Shown: in pieces, positions 8,741-16,936 of the stretch | Layout of the letters: each line of letters starts with the position of its first letter | Position numbering within the stretch: the stretch's first letter is position 1 | Sequence record: LC739534.1 | Direction: 5' to 3' (one strand) | Origin: Escherichia phage phiWec181 | Length of the DNA stretch: 64,000 nt | Position numbers and translations under genes: made by a program | Notes under the pieces: model-generated | The model's input: only the letters and a program-made list of their open reading frames with translations | What the model was told of the DNA's origin: nothing | The model's database searches: none

Positions 8741-9027
8741 TGTTGGCGGTTTACATAAGCTTTACCGTTTACGGTCATCGGTATGGCCTCAAGGTCTGGA
8801 TCTTCCTTAAGGTCGCGTGCAAGCTCACCGCACCGGACACCCTCGAATCCGTGGTATTCTGTTTCCCCGTTCTTAAAAGTTTTAGCGGCAAGGCATAGGC
8901 GATAATTAACACCGATCCGGTTTACTGCGTTGATATCGGTTAACGTGATCGATTCCGGCAAATCGTTAGCCATTACAGGCGCGTTAATACCAACAACCAG
9001 GGCAACTACTGCGATCATCTTTTTCAT
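8737..9027 (-). CDS. secreted/periplasmic protein (96 aa, N-terminal signal peptide)
   Basis: N-terminus MKKMIAVVALVVGINAPVMA is a typical Sec signal peptide. Confidence 0.6.
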   Translation of the reverse strand: MKKMIAVVALVVGINAPVMANDLPESITLTDINAVNRIGVNYRLCLAAKTFKNGETEYHGFEGVRCGELARDLKEDPDLEAIPMTVNGKAYVNRQQ

Positions 9028-9062
9028 GTGTCTATCCTCTTCCTATTGCGTTTAATGGGGCG

Positions 9063-9299
9063 TTATTGATTGATGTTATGATGAAAGTTATTTTCTTCAA
9101 CGGCTTTTAAAATAAAGGCTGTTACCGCTTTCGTGTCTACTTGTTCGAACGTATCAGAATAAGCCCAATAATAATCATCCCCTACTTTAGGCGGGTAAAC
9201 CTGGACAAGGAGATCGCCACCTGGTTGATCTATAAGCTCAACATGTAAGCCGGATGATTCAGCGGTTTTAACGGCGTTTAATACTGTTGCAATACTCAT
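9063..9299 (-). CDS. hypothetical protein (78 aa)
   Basis: ATG at 9299 with AAAGGAAAAG RBS. Confidence 0.5.
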   Translation of the reverse strand: MSIATVLNAVKTAESSGLHVELIDQPGGDLLVQVYPPKVGDDYYWAYSDTFEQVDTKAVTAFILKAVEENNFHHNINQ

Positions 9300-9343
9300 A
9301 ATCTTTTCCTTTCTAATGTGGGGCGTTGCCGCCCCTTTGTTGA

Positions 9344-9643
9344 TTAGATCGCTGTTTCCAGTAGTTCGGCTAACGTCTTACCGCCTGATAGTTGGTCTAA
9401 CGTTTGCTCTTCTGACAAGAAATTAGCGGATATTAAACCGACCTGGTTCCCTTTGTGCCAGTTAGCCTGGCGGGTGATTCCATCCTTTAAGGATTTTACC
9501 GCCATTGTGCAACCATCACCAAATGATTCATTTTTATGGTCCATCACTTCATAAGCGCCCAGCTTGCTGCTGTTAGGCACCATTAACGCGAATACATCAC
9601 CAACAACCAGTTTTTCTACGGTAACAATAGCGATAGTTTCCAT
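9344..9643 (-). CDS. hypothetical protein (99 aa)
   Basis: ATG at 9643 with GAGGAAAAC RBS; cassette upstream. Confidence 0.55.
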   Translation of the reverse strand: METIAIVTVEKLVVGDVFALMVPNSSKLGAYEVMDHKNESFGDGCTMAVKSLKDGITRQANWHKGNQVGLISANFLSEEQTLDQLSGGKTLAELLETAI

Positions 9644-9724
9644 TTTGTTTTCCTCATTATCGGCGGCACCATTGCCGCCCTACGTGGTAAATATTATCAC
9701 ACTGGCGATCTGTGTCAATACTTT
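9644..9724 (-). promoter_or_regulatory. promoter + 5'-UTR hairpin cassette (GGCGGCACCATTGCCGCC)
   Basis: TTGACA -35 and hairpin ahead of gene 9344-9643. Confidence 0.55.
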
Positions 9725-10111
9725 TTATTCAATATAAATCAAATTATCTTCACCAATGTAAGCCGACACGTCCGGCATGAATTTAGCGGCATTTGTTAGG
9801 CGGTTGGCTGTGTTAGTAGTGTATATTTCAGGGCGATCCCAAAATCCTACGCCGTGACCGTTACGGGTAAAATGTAAATCATTCCCGATCTGGTTGGCTG
9901 TAGCGCCGTCGCTCATTGCTTCCGCAATAGCGGCAACGTTAGCATTACAAAATGATGTAACATCGTCCGCGATACGGTCCAGGGCTTGAGAAGAAAAATC
10001 ATAATCGTCTAAGTTATCAATAAAATCACCTTCGTGATCCCTGGCTGATTCAGCAAAAATAAAAACGTCTTTATAACCGTTGATGATTTCGTTAATGATT
10101 TCTGTTTTCAT
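9725..10111 (-). CDS. hypothetical acidic protein (128 aa)
   Basis: ATG at 10111 with GA-rich RBS. Confidence 0.55.
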   Translation of the reverse strand: MKTEIINEIINGYKDVFIFAESARDHEGDFIDNLDDYDFSSQALDRIADDVTSFCNANVAAIAEAMSDGATANQIGNDLHFTRNGHGVGFWDRPEIYTTNTANRLTNAAKFMPDVSAYIGEDNLIYIE

Positions 10112-10125
10112 GTTGTGTCTCTCTT

Positions 10126-10230
10126 TTAACCGATACCGTGGGAAGATAGGATCATATTAGCCATAGTTGCAACCACTCCAACCGATAACGCCAGGCCAAC
10201 TACTGCAACCGTGAAAATTTTCTCTAACAT
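10126..10230 (-). CDS. small hydrophobic peptide (34 aa)
   Basis: Below ORF-track cutoff; has its own cassette upstream (10233-10311); hydrophobic translation. Confidence 0.4.
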   Translation of the reverse strand: MLEKIFTVAVVGLALSVGVVATMANMILSSHGIG

Positions 10231-10232
10231 GA

Positions 10233-10311
10233 TGCTACCCTCATTAATGGGCGTTGCCTTATTGCCCCGCCCTACGTAATACAGTTTACCCGATTTATAA
10301 TTGTTGTCAAA
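10233..10311 (-). promoter_or_regulatory. promoter + 5'-UTR hairpin cassette (imperfect GGGCGGGGC variant)
   Basis: TTGACA, 17 nt, AAACTG, then GC hairpin, read on minus strand. Confidence 0.45.
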
Positions 10312-10581
10312 TTATTTTTTCAAGCTTGACCACTCAAAACACGGCGGGATCTCGTTAAAACTTGCACCCTGTAAAGCACATAATTTTTTAGCAATAGCCG
10401 CCGTAACCTGGCGTTGTACGCGCGGATCTGCTACTGATTGGAGAAAGTAGGCGGCTTTATATGTGATCATGCTTTCGCCTGTTTCCTTGTTAACGTGGTG
10501 CACTATTTTAGCCTTATCATCTTTAACCAGGGTGTAACCGGATTCGATGGCCTTGATTGCAACGTCCAATGATATTTTCAT
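10312..10581 (-). CDS. hypothetical protein (89 aa)
   Basis: Second in-frame ATG (10581) has GA-rich leader; ATG at 10593 abuts the hairpin. Confidence 0.5.
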   Translation of the reverse strand: MKISLDVAIKAIESGYTLVKDDKAKIVHHVNKETGESMITYKAAYFLQSVADPRVQRQVTAAIAKKLCALQGASFNEIPPCFEWSSLKK

Positions 10582-10593
10582 GATTTGTCTCAT

Positions 10594-10665
10594 CTGATAA
10601 GCGGGGCGGTTGTCGCCCCTGTAAAATGAATACTACGCGCTTATTTTGCTGTTGTCAACAACGGG
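10594..10665 (-). promoter_or_regulatory. promoter + 5'-UTR hairpin cassette (GGGGCGGTTGTCGCCCC)
   Basis: Cassette; -35 overlaps the 3' end of upstream gene. Confidence 0.5.
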
Positions 10666-10823
10666 CGAAAAAACTTTTTGATCTGGTTTGCTGTTAGGCG
10701 CATATCTGCTTTGAGCGTTGCCAGGCGATAAGCTTTACCCTTGATCAGTTTATGGTGTCCGGTGCCGTTGCCGATGATAACATCGATTTCACACAATACG
10801 CGGGAAGCATCAATCTTTTTCAT
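10641..10823 (-). CDS. hypothetical protein (60 aa)
   Basis: ATG at 10823 with AAAGGTAA RBS. Confidence 0.5.
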   Translation of the reverse strand: MKKIDASRVLCEIDVIIGNGTGHHKLIKGKAYRLATLKADMRLTANQIKKFFRPLLTTAK

Positions 10824-10905
10824 GTTGTTACCTTTCGTGTTATGGGGCGCTTGTCGCCCCCTGTCTGATAAAGATAATCCCTTTCGGGATATCTGTCAAC
10901 TATTT
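10824..10905 (-). promoter_or_regulatory. promoter + 5'-UTR hairpin cassette (GGGGCGCTTGTCGCCCC)
   Basis: TTGACA -35 and hairpin. Confidence 0.5.
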
Positions 10906-11091
10906 TTATTGTACGGTGTGGCGATCGCTGTATTCAGCGTAAAACTCACATCCATCGTCACGGCTATCAAGTTTAACGATGTACCCGCTATTCCAACGTT
11001 CAACTGATACTACCGGATAATACTTCCCGTTAAGGATATTTTTCACCAGGTCGCCTTTTACCAGTTCTTTCGTTTTCTTGTAAGTAGTCAT
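10906..11091 (-). CDS. hypothetical protein (61 aa)
   Basis: ATG at 11091 downstream of cassette (ORF-track start 11172 runs through the promoter). Confidence 0.5.
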   Translation of the reverse strand: MTTYKKTKELVKGDLVKNILNGKYYPVVSVERWNSGYIVKLDSRDDGCEFYAEYSDRHTVQ

Positions 11092-11175
11092 GATGTTTTC
11101 TCTTCTGTTTTGCGGTGGACCGTTCCGCCGCCCTATGTAATAAACTATACGCGCCAACGTTCCAGGCGTCAAGTA
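11092..11175 (-). promoter_or_regulatory. promoter + 5'-UTR hairpin cassette (GGCGGCGGAACGGTCCACCGC)
   Basis: TTGACG, 17 nt, TATAGT, hairpin, GA-rich RBS. Confidence 0.5.
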
Positions 11176-11289
11176 TATTTTTAAAATTATTTTCTACAAC
11201 GTAAAACGCCCCAGCATAAGCCAGGGCGCACTAATTAAATCAGGTAGGGGATTGCATTGCCTTACACCTTTTAGGCTGTTAGCTGGCGA

Positions 11290-11517
11290 TTAGTAGCGTA
11301 GGATGTTTACACGCTCATCCCGCCCCAAGATATCTTCATATCTGTTTCCCCTTCCTTCGTACCAGATGATCACGGTGTCAGGATCAAACGGATTGTTTTC
11401 GATAGCCGTTACCTTACAAAAATCATAAAACGGGAACGGATAAACGCCAACCTGTAAACGCGCCCGATCTCCTGGGCGAATGGTAGCGGCACGATCTGCA
11501 ATGACATTGTTATACAT
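11290..11517 (-). CDS. hypothetical protein (75 aa)
   Basis: ATG at 11517 with AAGGGG RBS. Confidence 0.5.
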   Translation of the reverse strand: MYNNVIADRAATIRPGDRARLQVGVYPFPFYDFCKVTAIENNPFDPDTVIIWYEGRGNRYEDILGRDERVNILRY

Positions 11518-11527
11518 AGTAAGCCCC

Positions 11528-11806
11528 TTAACGATTATAAACATTGTGGATGGCATCGAAAGCAAGCCGACCATAAGCCGCCAAATCGGGATTGATCCAG
11601 GCGTTATCTAACATCGTTTCAAGGACTGTGGAATCATCGTATAAAGCATCATAAAAATCTGCACGGATGATCGTTTCAATATCGTCCGGTGTTAGTTCCC
11701 TGTTAAGGTTGCAAACCGCTAAAACGTCCACCAATAATTTCCAATCTTGCAAATTAGTGGTTAATACTGTTTTCATTTCTTCGGTTGTGAGTTTAACGAT
11801 GGTCAT
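11528..11806 (-). CDS. hypothetical protein (92 aa)
   Basis: ATG at 11806; cassette upstream. Confidence 0.55.
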   Translation of the reverse strand: MTIVKLTTEEMKTVLTTNLQDWKLLVDVLAVCNLNRELTPDDIETIIRADFYDALYDDSTVLETMLDNAWINPDLAAYGRLAFDAIHNVYNR

Positions 11807-11883
11807 GATTTTATCTCTCTGTTAGGCGGGGCGCTTGTCGCCCCTATGTGATACACTTTATCAGATTGGTTGGGCTTGTCAAA
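11807..11883 (-). promoter_or_regulatory. promoter + 5'-UTR hairpin cassette (GGGGCGCTTGTCGCCCC)
   Basis: TTGACA -35 and hairpin. Confidence 0.5.
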
Positions 11884-11994
11884 CTATTTTTTCTTTTTCT
11901 TTGCTTCCAACCGTCTAAGGTTACGGCTTGACTTATTGCGCAAGGCGCTTAGATCGTCGTACCCTTTCCATGCTTGCATATCTTTCGGATTCAT
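11884..11994 (-). CDS. small basic protein (36 aa)
   Basis: ATG at 11994 with AAGGGGG RBS; K/R-rich. Confidence 0.35.
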   Translation of the reverse strand: MNPKDMQAWKGYDDLSALRNKSSRNLRRLEAKKKKK

Positions 11995-12004
11995 GTTAGC
12001 CCCC

Positions 12005-12211
12005 TTAACGCGTTGCGTAAATAATATGACTTGCCGGACTACTGCAAACCAGGTTAAGCGGCTTGCTGTTATATTGCATCTTGTCGGCTTGTTTGCTTGC
12101 TGCGATGATTCCATCTATTACACGTTGCAAACTAACCTTTACCGCCTTTTTTGCCAACCGTTGACGCTTTACCAGTGCCTGGATCTTTTTCTTGTCTGCG
12201 TTGCTTAACAT
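12005..12211 (-). CDS. basic protein (68 aa)
   Basis: ATG at 12211 with AAGGGCG RBS. Confidence 0.5.
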   Translation of the reverse strand: MLSNADKKKIQALVKRQRLAKKAVKVSLQRVIDGIIAASKQADKMQYNSKPLNLVCSSPASHIIYATR

Positions 12212-12220
12212 GGTGCGCCC

Positions 12221-12400
12221 TTACTTGTTAGCCGGATTGTATGCCAGGATCGCGCCGCTTGCTTTCACGCTTTCATCTTCATAGTTGCGCAGATCGTTTT
12301 CTGTAAGATTGAGCGCGATCACTTCCTCGATCTCAATGCCAGTGGCAAGGGCGATCTCTTTAATGATGTTTGATGATCTGATAACGTTTACTGTTTTCAT
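12221..12400 (-). CDS. hypothetical protein (59 aa)
   Basis: ATG at 12400 with AAGGTG RBS. Confidence 0.45.
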   Translation of the reverse strand: MKTVNVIRSSNIIKEIALATGIEIEEVIALNLTENDLRNYEDESVKASGAILAYNPANK

Positions 12401-12410
12401 GGTGTGCACC

Positions 12411-12530
12411 TTATAAGATGATTGATAAGATAGTGATAACGAAAGCGATAACACCAACGGCGATCGTAGTCTTACGCCCTTCGGATACTGCCGGATTCTC
12501 TACCGTGTATTCTACTGTGTATTTGTTCAT
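12411..12530 (-). CDS. small peptide with C-terminal transmembrane segment (39 aa)
   Basis: Below ORF-track cutoff; cassette upstream; hydrophobic C-terminus. Confidence 0.4.
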   Translation of the reverse strand: MNKYTVEYTVENPAVSEGRKTTIAVGVIAFVITILSIIL

Positions 12531-12629
12531 TGTGTTATCCTCTCGCTTGCTTTGAGAACTATTCCCGCCGCCCTATGAATTAAATATACACTATCCCAAA
12601 ATGATTGCAAGCCTTTTTCTAAATTATTT
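12531..12629 (-). promoter_or_regulatory. promoter + 5'-UTR hairpin cassette (GC hairpin variant)
   Basis: Hairpin and promoter hexamers between genes. Confidence 0.45.
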
Positions 12630-12914
12630 TTATGCAGTAAACAGACCATCATTTACAACGGCGGCGATGATCTCCCGTGCCATTGATTCAGGGAACGGGG
12701 CGCTATAGTCCTGGCTTGTCTCGTCGCTGTCTGTTACCCAATGATAAGCCAACGAGTAAAAGCCTTTACTCCCTGTTTTCAGTGAAACGATGATCACTCG
12801 GTTAAGTCCATCGGTAAACGTTGCCGTTAATGTGTTATCATCTTGCGTCATGTTGGACAAGTAAGCGGCATCATTAACCAGGGAAAACAGTAGCACCGTG
12901 TTAGCTTTAACCAT
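12630..12914 (-). CDS. hypothetical protein (94 aa)
   Basis: ATG at 12914 with GAGGATC RBS; ORF-track start at 12944 is an ATG inside the cassette hairpin. Confidence 0.5.
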   Translation of the reverse strand: MVKANTVLLFSLVNDAAYLSNMTQDDNTLTATFTDGLNRVIIVSLKTGSKGFYSLAYHWVTDSDETSQDYSAPFPESMAREIIAAVVNDGLFTA

Positions 12915-12944
12915 GATTTGATCCTCAAACGGGCGCGGCACCAT

Positions 12945-13015
12945 TGCCGCCCTACGTAATACACTTTACCTTATTTCTTCCAAAAAGCAAGTTTATTTGC
13001 AATTGGTGACAAATA
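12945..13015 (-). promoter_or_regulatory. promoter + 5'-UTR hairpin cassette (GCGGCACCATTGCCGC)
   Basis: -35 TTGCTT lies inside the last codons of upstream gene. Confidence 0.5.
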
Positions 13016-13171
13016 ACGTTTACCCGCGTAAAACAGTACAGCGACACTAACCACGGCGGCGATCTCATGCATAGCCGACGGGAAACGAGTATCATAATAA
13101 GATCCAATAATAGCAATAGCGGCAACGGCTGCAACGTCGATAATGATTTTTTCTTGTTTTGCGGTGATCAT
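12971..13171 (-). CDS. small membrane protein (66 aa)
   Basis: Two hydrophobic segments; ATG at 13171. Confidence 0.55.
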   Translation of the reverse strand: MITAKQEKIIIDVAAVAAIAIIGSYYDTRFPSAMHEIAAVVSVAVLFYAGKRYLSPIANKLAFWKK

Positions 13172-13259
13172 AATATTTACCTTTTTGTATGGTGGGGGGA
13201 ACTATTCCCCGCCCTGATGTAATACAGTTTAACAGATCCGGTTATAGTGTCAACCACTT
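13172..13259 (-). promoter_or_regulatory. promoter + 5'-UTR hairpin cassette (GGGGGGAACTATTCCCCGCC)
   Basis: TTGACA -35 and hairpin. Confidence 0.5.
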
Positions 13260-13445
13260 TTAAAGATATTTTATACTGATAACATTTTCCGGTTTAACCT
13301 GGTTGTGATAAGCATCAATGTAAATCAAACCATCGTTAGAAACGCCCAGGATCACGCCTTGCGCAATAAAACCGTATCGGTCGCGGTAACGTGCCGCCAC
13401 TTTGTTCGCTGCGTTGTAGGCTGTTTTAATCTCGTTTAAGGTCAT
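13260..13445 (-). CDS. hypothetical protein (61 aa)
   Basis: ATG at 13445 with GAGAGG RBS. Confidence 0.5.
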   Translation of the reverse strand: MTLNEIKTAYNAANKVAARYRDRYGFIAQGVILGVSNDGLIYIDAYHNQVKPENVISIKYL

Positions 13446-13469
13446 GTGCTGTTATCCTCTCGTTAGATA

Positions 13470-13500
13470 TAAGAAAGGGCGCTATTTGCGCCCTTGATTT
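13470..13500 (-). terminator. candidate intrinsic terminator (GGGCGC-N5-GCGCCC)
   Basis: Hairpin 13476-13494 followed on minus strand by TTTCTT. Confidence 0.45.
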
Positions 13501-13503
13501 GTT

Positions 13504-13650
13504 TTAGTCTTCCAGGTCCATCCATGCACGTTTCTCGGTGCGGTCGCGCTTAGTTTTGTTGCGCTTGTCGCCCTTGCGGATCACTTCTTCATTCCACGCT
13601 GCGCGTGTTTTAGAAGATTGGATTTTTTCGGCGCGATTAGATGTATTCAT
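13504..13650 (-). CDS. small basic protein (48 aa)
   Basis: Below ORF-track cutoff; ATG at 13650 with cassette upstream; K/R-rich. Confidence 0.4.
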   Translation of the reverse strand: MNTSNRAEKIQSSKTRAAWNEEVIRKGDKRNKTKRDRTEKRAWMDLED

Positions 13651-13748
13651 GATGTTTCCTCTTTTTAGTTGTGAGCGGCACCATTGCCGCCCTACGTGTT
13701 TTAATTTACTTTATTGTTTGATGCCTGTCAACTACTTTTAAAAACTTT
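13651..13748 (-). promoter_or_regulatory. promoter + 5'-UTR hairpin cassette (GCGGCACCATTGCCGC)
   Basis: TTGACA -35 and hairpin. Confidence 0.5.
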
Positions 13749-14102
13749 TTATTCGTGGGAAAGTGTAAGGATCACACCTGCAATATATAACCAATAGTTT
13801 TCCCTTTCTTTCTGGATCTTGTTTTCGCTACTACGCTCGTTAATGTACCCCCAGGATGTTAACAACCGATCTACTTCCCAATACTCGAAAGCTATATTAA
13901 TATTTGACGGTAAACCTTGTAACCATGATGCTATTGCTCTGATAATGTTATGATCGTAACGTTTTTGATTATCGGTGTACCAATATTCAGATTTAAAACA
14001 GCGCATCAATTCCGCGATCTTCTCTTTCTCTTCTGTGATGCCATACTCGCTATAATCAATTGAGGCCAGAATATAAAGTTTAATTGCATTTTGTGCTTTC
14101 AT
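13749..14102 (-). CDS. hypothetical protein (117 aa)
   Basis: ATG at 14102; cassette upstream. Confidence 0.6.
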   Translation of the reverse strand: MKAQNAIKLYILASIDYSEYGITEEKEKIAELMRCFKSEYWYTDNQKRYDHNIIRAIASWLQGLPSNINIAFEYWEVDRLLTSWGYINERSSENKIQKERENYWLYIAGVILTLSHE

Positions 14103-14179
14103 GGTGTCTCTCTTCTGTTGTGAGCGGCACCATTGCCGCCCTATGTGTTACATCTTACCGGATTTTTAAAACTTGTCAA
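14103..14179 (-). promoter_or_regulatory. promoter + 5'-UTR hairpin cassette (GCGGCA-CCAT-TGCCGC)
   Basis: -35 TTGACA (+ strand tgtcaa 14174-14179), 16 nt, -10 TAAGAT (14152-14157), hairpin 14124-14139. Confidence 0.6.
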
Positions 14180-14402
14180 TCATTTTTCTACTATCATTTG
14201 ATAACCTGTTTCAAGGTTAGTAAACACCGTGATCCCGTCCTGGCGTTCACTCATAAGCAAGCAAGGCGCTAACATCCTTCCTACTTCCTTGCACTCGTTA
14301 TAAGCGGCGGTAATGTCTCCCGCTGCTTTGTCTTCTGTGGTGAATGTATCGTTTACGTAAACTTTACCAGCGACAACGGCGACAATAGCAAAAGTGATCA
14401 TG
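14180..14402 (-). CDS. hypothetical protein (74 aa)
   Basis: ATG at 14402 with AAGAGGAAAAC RBS (ORF-track start 14473 judged over-extended). Confidence 0.5.
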
Positions 14403-14479
14403 ATGTTTTCCTCTTTGTGTTTTTCGTTTTGATTAGTTGATAATACAGCAATTCGCAGATTAGTCTTTAGCAATTCATG

Positions 14480-14698
14480 CTATTTACTCACAACAGTATC
14501 GAAAACAAATTTTTCTTTGTTGTCGAAGCTAACATATCCGATTCGACCACGCAAGCCGCCAGTAGTGCCGTATTCGTAACCATCAAGGCCTTTAACCTTC
14601 CAATCCGTACCCATTAAAACCGCATTATATTTCTGACCAACTACAAACGCGCCACCAGTTGATTCAATGCAAACAACTTTAATTTTACGGATTGCCAT
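14480..14698 (-). CDS. hypothetical protein (72 aa)
   Basis: ATG at 14698; promoter TTGACT-TATAAT with hairpin upstream. Confidence 0.5.
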   Translation of the reverse strand: MAIRKIKVVCIESTGGAFVVGQKYNAVLMGTDWKVKGLDGYEYGTTGGLRGRIGYVSFDNKEKFVFDTVVSK

Positions 14699-14776
14699 TT
14701 TCTTTCTCTCTTTGTGGTGATTGGTTTCTCTTCTCTATAGCGCCCATTATAAGGCGCTATAACGAAAAGTCAACGA

Positions 14777-14944
14777 TTATTTTTTACGGCTTAAGGTGCC
14801 CAAGTTATCAGCGTGACGCAGACCAGGGAAGATCCAAGCGCCGGATTCATCTTTTACAGGTGCCTTAACACTTGCGCCCAGGTTGGCGGCGTTAACTTTA
14901 CGTGCTACGTTGCGAGCGGCTTCACGGGTAGTAAAAGTAATCAT
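14777..14944 (-). CDS. small basic protein (55 aa)
   Basis: Below ORF-track cutoff; ATG at 14944 with GAGAAGAGGAAAAC leader; cassette upstream. Confidence 0.45.
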   Translation of the reverse strand: MITFTTREAARNVARKVNAANLGASVKAPVKDESGAWIFPGLRHADNLGTLSRKK

Positions 14945-15016
14945 GATGTTTTCCTCTTCTCTTTGTTAGGCGGTGGACCATTCCGCCGCCTTGATGTAAT
15001 ACAGTTTACTCTATTT
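14945..15016 (-). promoter_or_regulatory. promoter + 5'-UTR hairpin cassette (GGCGGCGGAATGGTCCACCGCC)
   Basis: TTGCAA, 16 nt, TAAACT, hairpin. Confidence 0.5.
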
Positions 15017-15175
15017 TTATTTCTTTGCAACTACTTTTATATTTTCTTTCTTTGCCTCTTCCACCTGGTCCGCCCACTGCTTACCCCACGTTTGAGCGTT
15101 ATAGTGATATTGACAAAGAGCAACACCACGTTTTAAACCAGCGATAGACTTTTTACCACATTGACAAGTTTTCAT
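15017..15175 (-). CDS. small Cys-containing protein (52 aa, possible zinc-binding)
   Basis: Below ORF-track cutoff; translation MKTCQCGKK...LCQYHY has spaced Cys/His. Confidence 0.4.
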   Translation of the reverse strand: MKTCQCGKKSIAGLKRGVALCQYHYNAQTWGKQWADQVEEAKKENIKVVAKK

Positions 15176-15186
15176 TTTGTGATCCC

Positions 15187-15399
15187 TTAGTTGATGATAG
15201 TCAGTGTAAAATTATAATCACCATTCTTATATAACACCATATTACCGAAGGTGCCGACTCGACGCATATCCATACGGATACCTATAACATCTTTAACGTC
15301 TTTAATGTTTTTAACGCCCGTGATATCTTTATTAAAATATTCCTCGTCTGAAAATAAAACTTGACTTGCATTTTTTAACAGTGTGCGGATATTAGCCAT
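15187..15399 (-). CDS. hypothetical protein (70 aa)
   Basis: ATG at 15399; cassette upstream. Confidence 0.5.
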   Translation of the reverse strand: MANIRTLLKNASQVLFSDEEYFNKDITGVKNIKDVKDVIGIRMDMRRVGTFGNMVLYKNGDYNFTLTIIN

Positions 15400-15488
15400 C
15401 GTGATAATCTCTCTTCTGTTGTGAGCGGCACCATTGCCGCCCTACGTAATACAGTTTACTCTTTTTCTTTCCGGTGTCAACAATCTTT
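15400..15488 (-). promoter_or_regulatory. promoter + 5'-UTR hairpin cassette (GCGGCACCATTGCCGC)
   Basis: TTGACA -35 and hairpin. Confidence 0.5.
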
Positions 15489-15716
15489 TTAGATTAATTC
15501 GTCCAGGCATAACAGGCGATCAACGTTGAGATCGGTCAGGCTGATGGTTGGCACCTGATAAGATTCGATGTACTCGACGCTTGCATATTCCCCAAAGTTA
15601 GCAATAGCCCACTTATTCAAGATCTCACATACATCATTAATCTTTTTGTTTGTTACAACTGCAATAACCTGGGAAGTGCCAACGGTGCCGGATACGCGAA
15701 CAATATTGATAGCCAT
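15489..15716 (-). CDS. hypothetical protein (75 aa)
   Basis: ATG at 15716; cassette upstream. Confidence 0.5.
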   Translation of the reverse strand: MAINIVRVSGTVGTSQVIAVVTNKKINDVCEILNKWAIANFGEYASVEYIESYQVPTISLTDLNVDRLLCLDELI

Positions 15717-15795
15717 GATTTTTCTCTCTTCTGTTAGGCGGGGCGCTTGTCGCCCCTATGTGATACATCTTACACTAATTTAAAACTTTGTCAAA
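15717..15795 (-). promoter_or_regulatory. promoter + 5'-UTR hairpin cassette (GGGGCGCTTGTCGCCCC)
   Basis: TTGACA, 16 nt, TAAGAT, hairpin, AGAAGAGAG RBS. Confidence 0.55.
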
Positions 15796-15889
15796 TTATT
15801 TTCTATTTCTTCCGTAATAGCCCAATTTATGATCTAAGCTAAAACGTTTTGTGAGATAGGTCGAACGATGTTTCATTTTTATGTCTCCT

Positions 15890-16129
15890 TTACATTCCAA
15901 CCATAGCGGCGCGGATCGCGGTAGTGCTATACTTGAAACCGTCTGGAGTTTTATCTTGTCCAGTCTGTTCCAGAAAGAGCATCATATCACGCGCCGCATC
16001 GTTACGGTTAGAATTATAACTAATAAATTCTTTCGCGGTGCGGTATAATGATTCATCGTTATTAATCCAAAGGCTTACATTCCAATGAGTTTTGTTTTTG
16101 TGACCTAAGAACATTTTTGATTTAGCCAT
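15890..16129 (-). CDS. hypothetical protein (79 aa)
   Basis: ATG at 16129; cassette upstream. Confidence 0.5.
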   Translation of the reverse strand: MAKSKMFLGHKNKTHWNVSLWINNDESLYRTAKEFISYNSNRNDAARDMMLFLEQTGQDKTPDGFKYSTTAIRAAMVGM

Positions 16130-16218
16130 GATGTTAATCTCTTTTTCAGTGAGGCGGGAACTATTCCCGCGCCCTATGTAATACAGTTTACTCTTTTTAT
16201 TCGTGCTGTCAATGCTTT
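16130..16218 (-). promoter_or_regulatory. promoter + 5'-UTR hairpin cassette (GCGGGAACTATTCCCGC)
   Basis: TTGACA -35 and hairpin. Confidence 0.5.
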
Positions 16219-16572
16219 TTATAAATCTTTTTTACGTTTTACATCGCTTGCATGACTGTATACAGCGATCCCATTATCACGACAAAAACGGGTAAGGTAT
16301 GATCCGCGTGAAAACTCTTTCCCTTCCAGGTCAACAACCTTGCTAAATTCTTCCAGGGCAACGGTATCAAAATGATCACCATAACCATATTGAAACGGCA
16401 CGTTAACAACTTCAATCAATTTACCGCCGATCTCAACGTCCACGCTTAAAGAAAAATATGTGTTACCGTAGGACTGTTGAAACCAGCGACGGGCGCTAAT
16501 GTGAACGGCTTCAATCTCACCAATTTTAAATTGAGTGTTACCCAGGATCGCAACGTTGATATTTTTAGCCAT
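16219..16572 (-). CDS. hypothetical protein (117 aa)
   Basis: ATG at 16572; cassette upstream. Confidence 0.55.
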   Translation of the reverse strand: MAKNINVAILGNTQFKIGEIEAVHISARRWFQQSYGNTYFSLSVDVEIGGKLIEVVNVPFQYGYGDHFDTVALEEFSKVVDLEGKEFSRGSYLTRFCRDNGIAVYSHASDVKRKKDL

Positions 16573-16668
16573 GATTTTTTCTCTCTTTTTGGTTAGTGGG
16601 AAGTGTTCCCGATAAAAGTTATTATGCTTATACTATCGTTTTTTGTCAATAGTATAAGACTAAAACTT
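16573..16668 (-). promoter_or_regulatory. promoter + 5'-UTR hairpin cassette (GGGAACACTTCCC variant)
   Basis: TTGACA -35 and divergent hairpin sequence. Confidence 0.45.
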
Positions 16669-16848
16669 TTAACGATAATCATCGTAGGCTTTATTAACCT
16701 GGCGAATATAACATTCGAAAGCGAGATCAATAGAATCATATTCCCGCACATAATCCCCGTAAGAAACTACATACACACCTTTTTGATCCTCAAACGTCAT
16801 GATGATAGAATCCAGGCCGATGATTTCAGTTTTAGCGATGATAGTCAT
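16669..16848 (-). CDS. hypothetical protein (59 aa)
   Basis: Below ORF-track cutoff; ATG at 16848; cassette upstream. Confidence 0.45.
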   Translation of the reverse strand: MTIIAKTEIIGLDSIIMTFEDQKGVYVVSYGDYVREYDSIDLAFECYIRQVNKAYDDYR

Positions 16849-16936
16849 AATAATAACCTTTTTATTGTTGGCGGCACCATTGCCGCCCTACGTGATAAAC
16901 TATACCAGAATTTTAAACAGTGTCAAACGTTTTTTC
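16849..16936 (-). promoter_or_regulatory. promoter + 5'-UTR hairpin cassette (GGCGGCACCATTGCCGCC)
   Basis: TTGACA -35 and hairpin. Confidence 0.5.

Noticed and set aside
8243-8810. Plus-strand ORFs 8243-8458 and 8616-8810 in the early array
   Set aside because: Run through promoter-hairpin cassettes and antisense to minus-strand genes; no start context.
13538-15136. Plus-strand ORFs 13538-13741, 14084-14272, 14813-15136
   Set aside because: Antisense to small minus-strand genes that have proper cassettes and RBS; the plus frames lack RBS.
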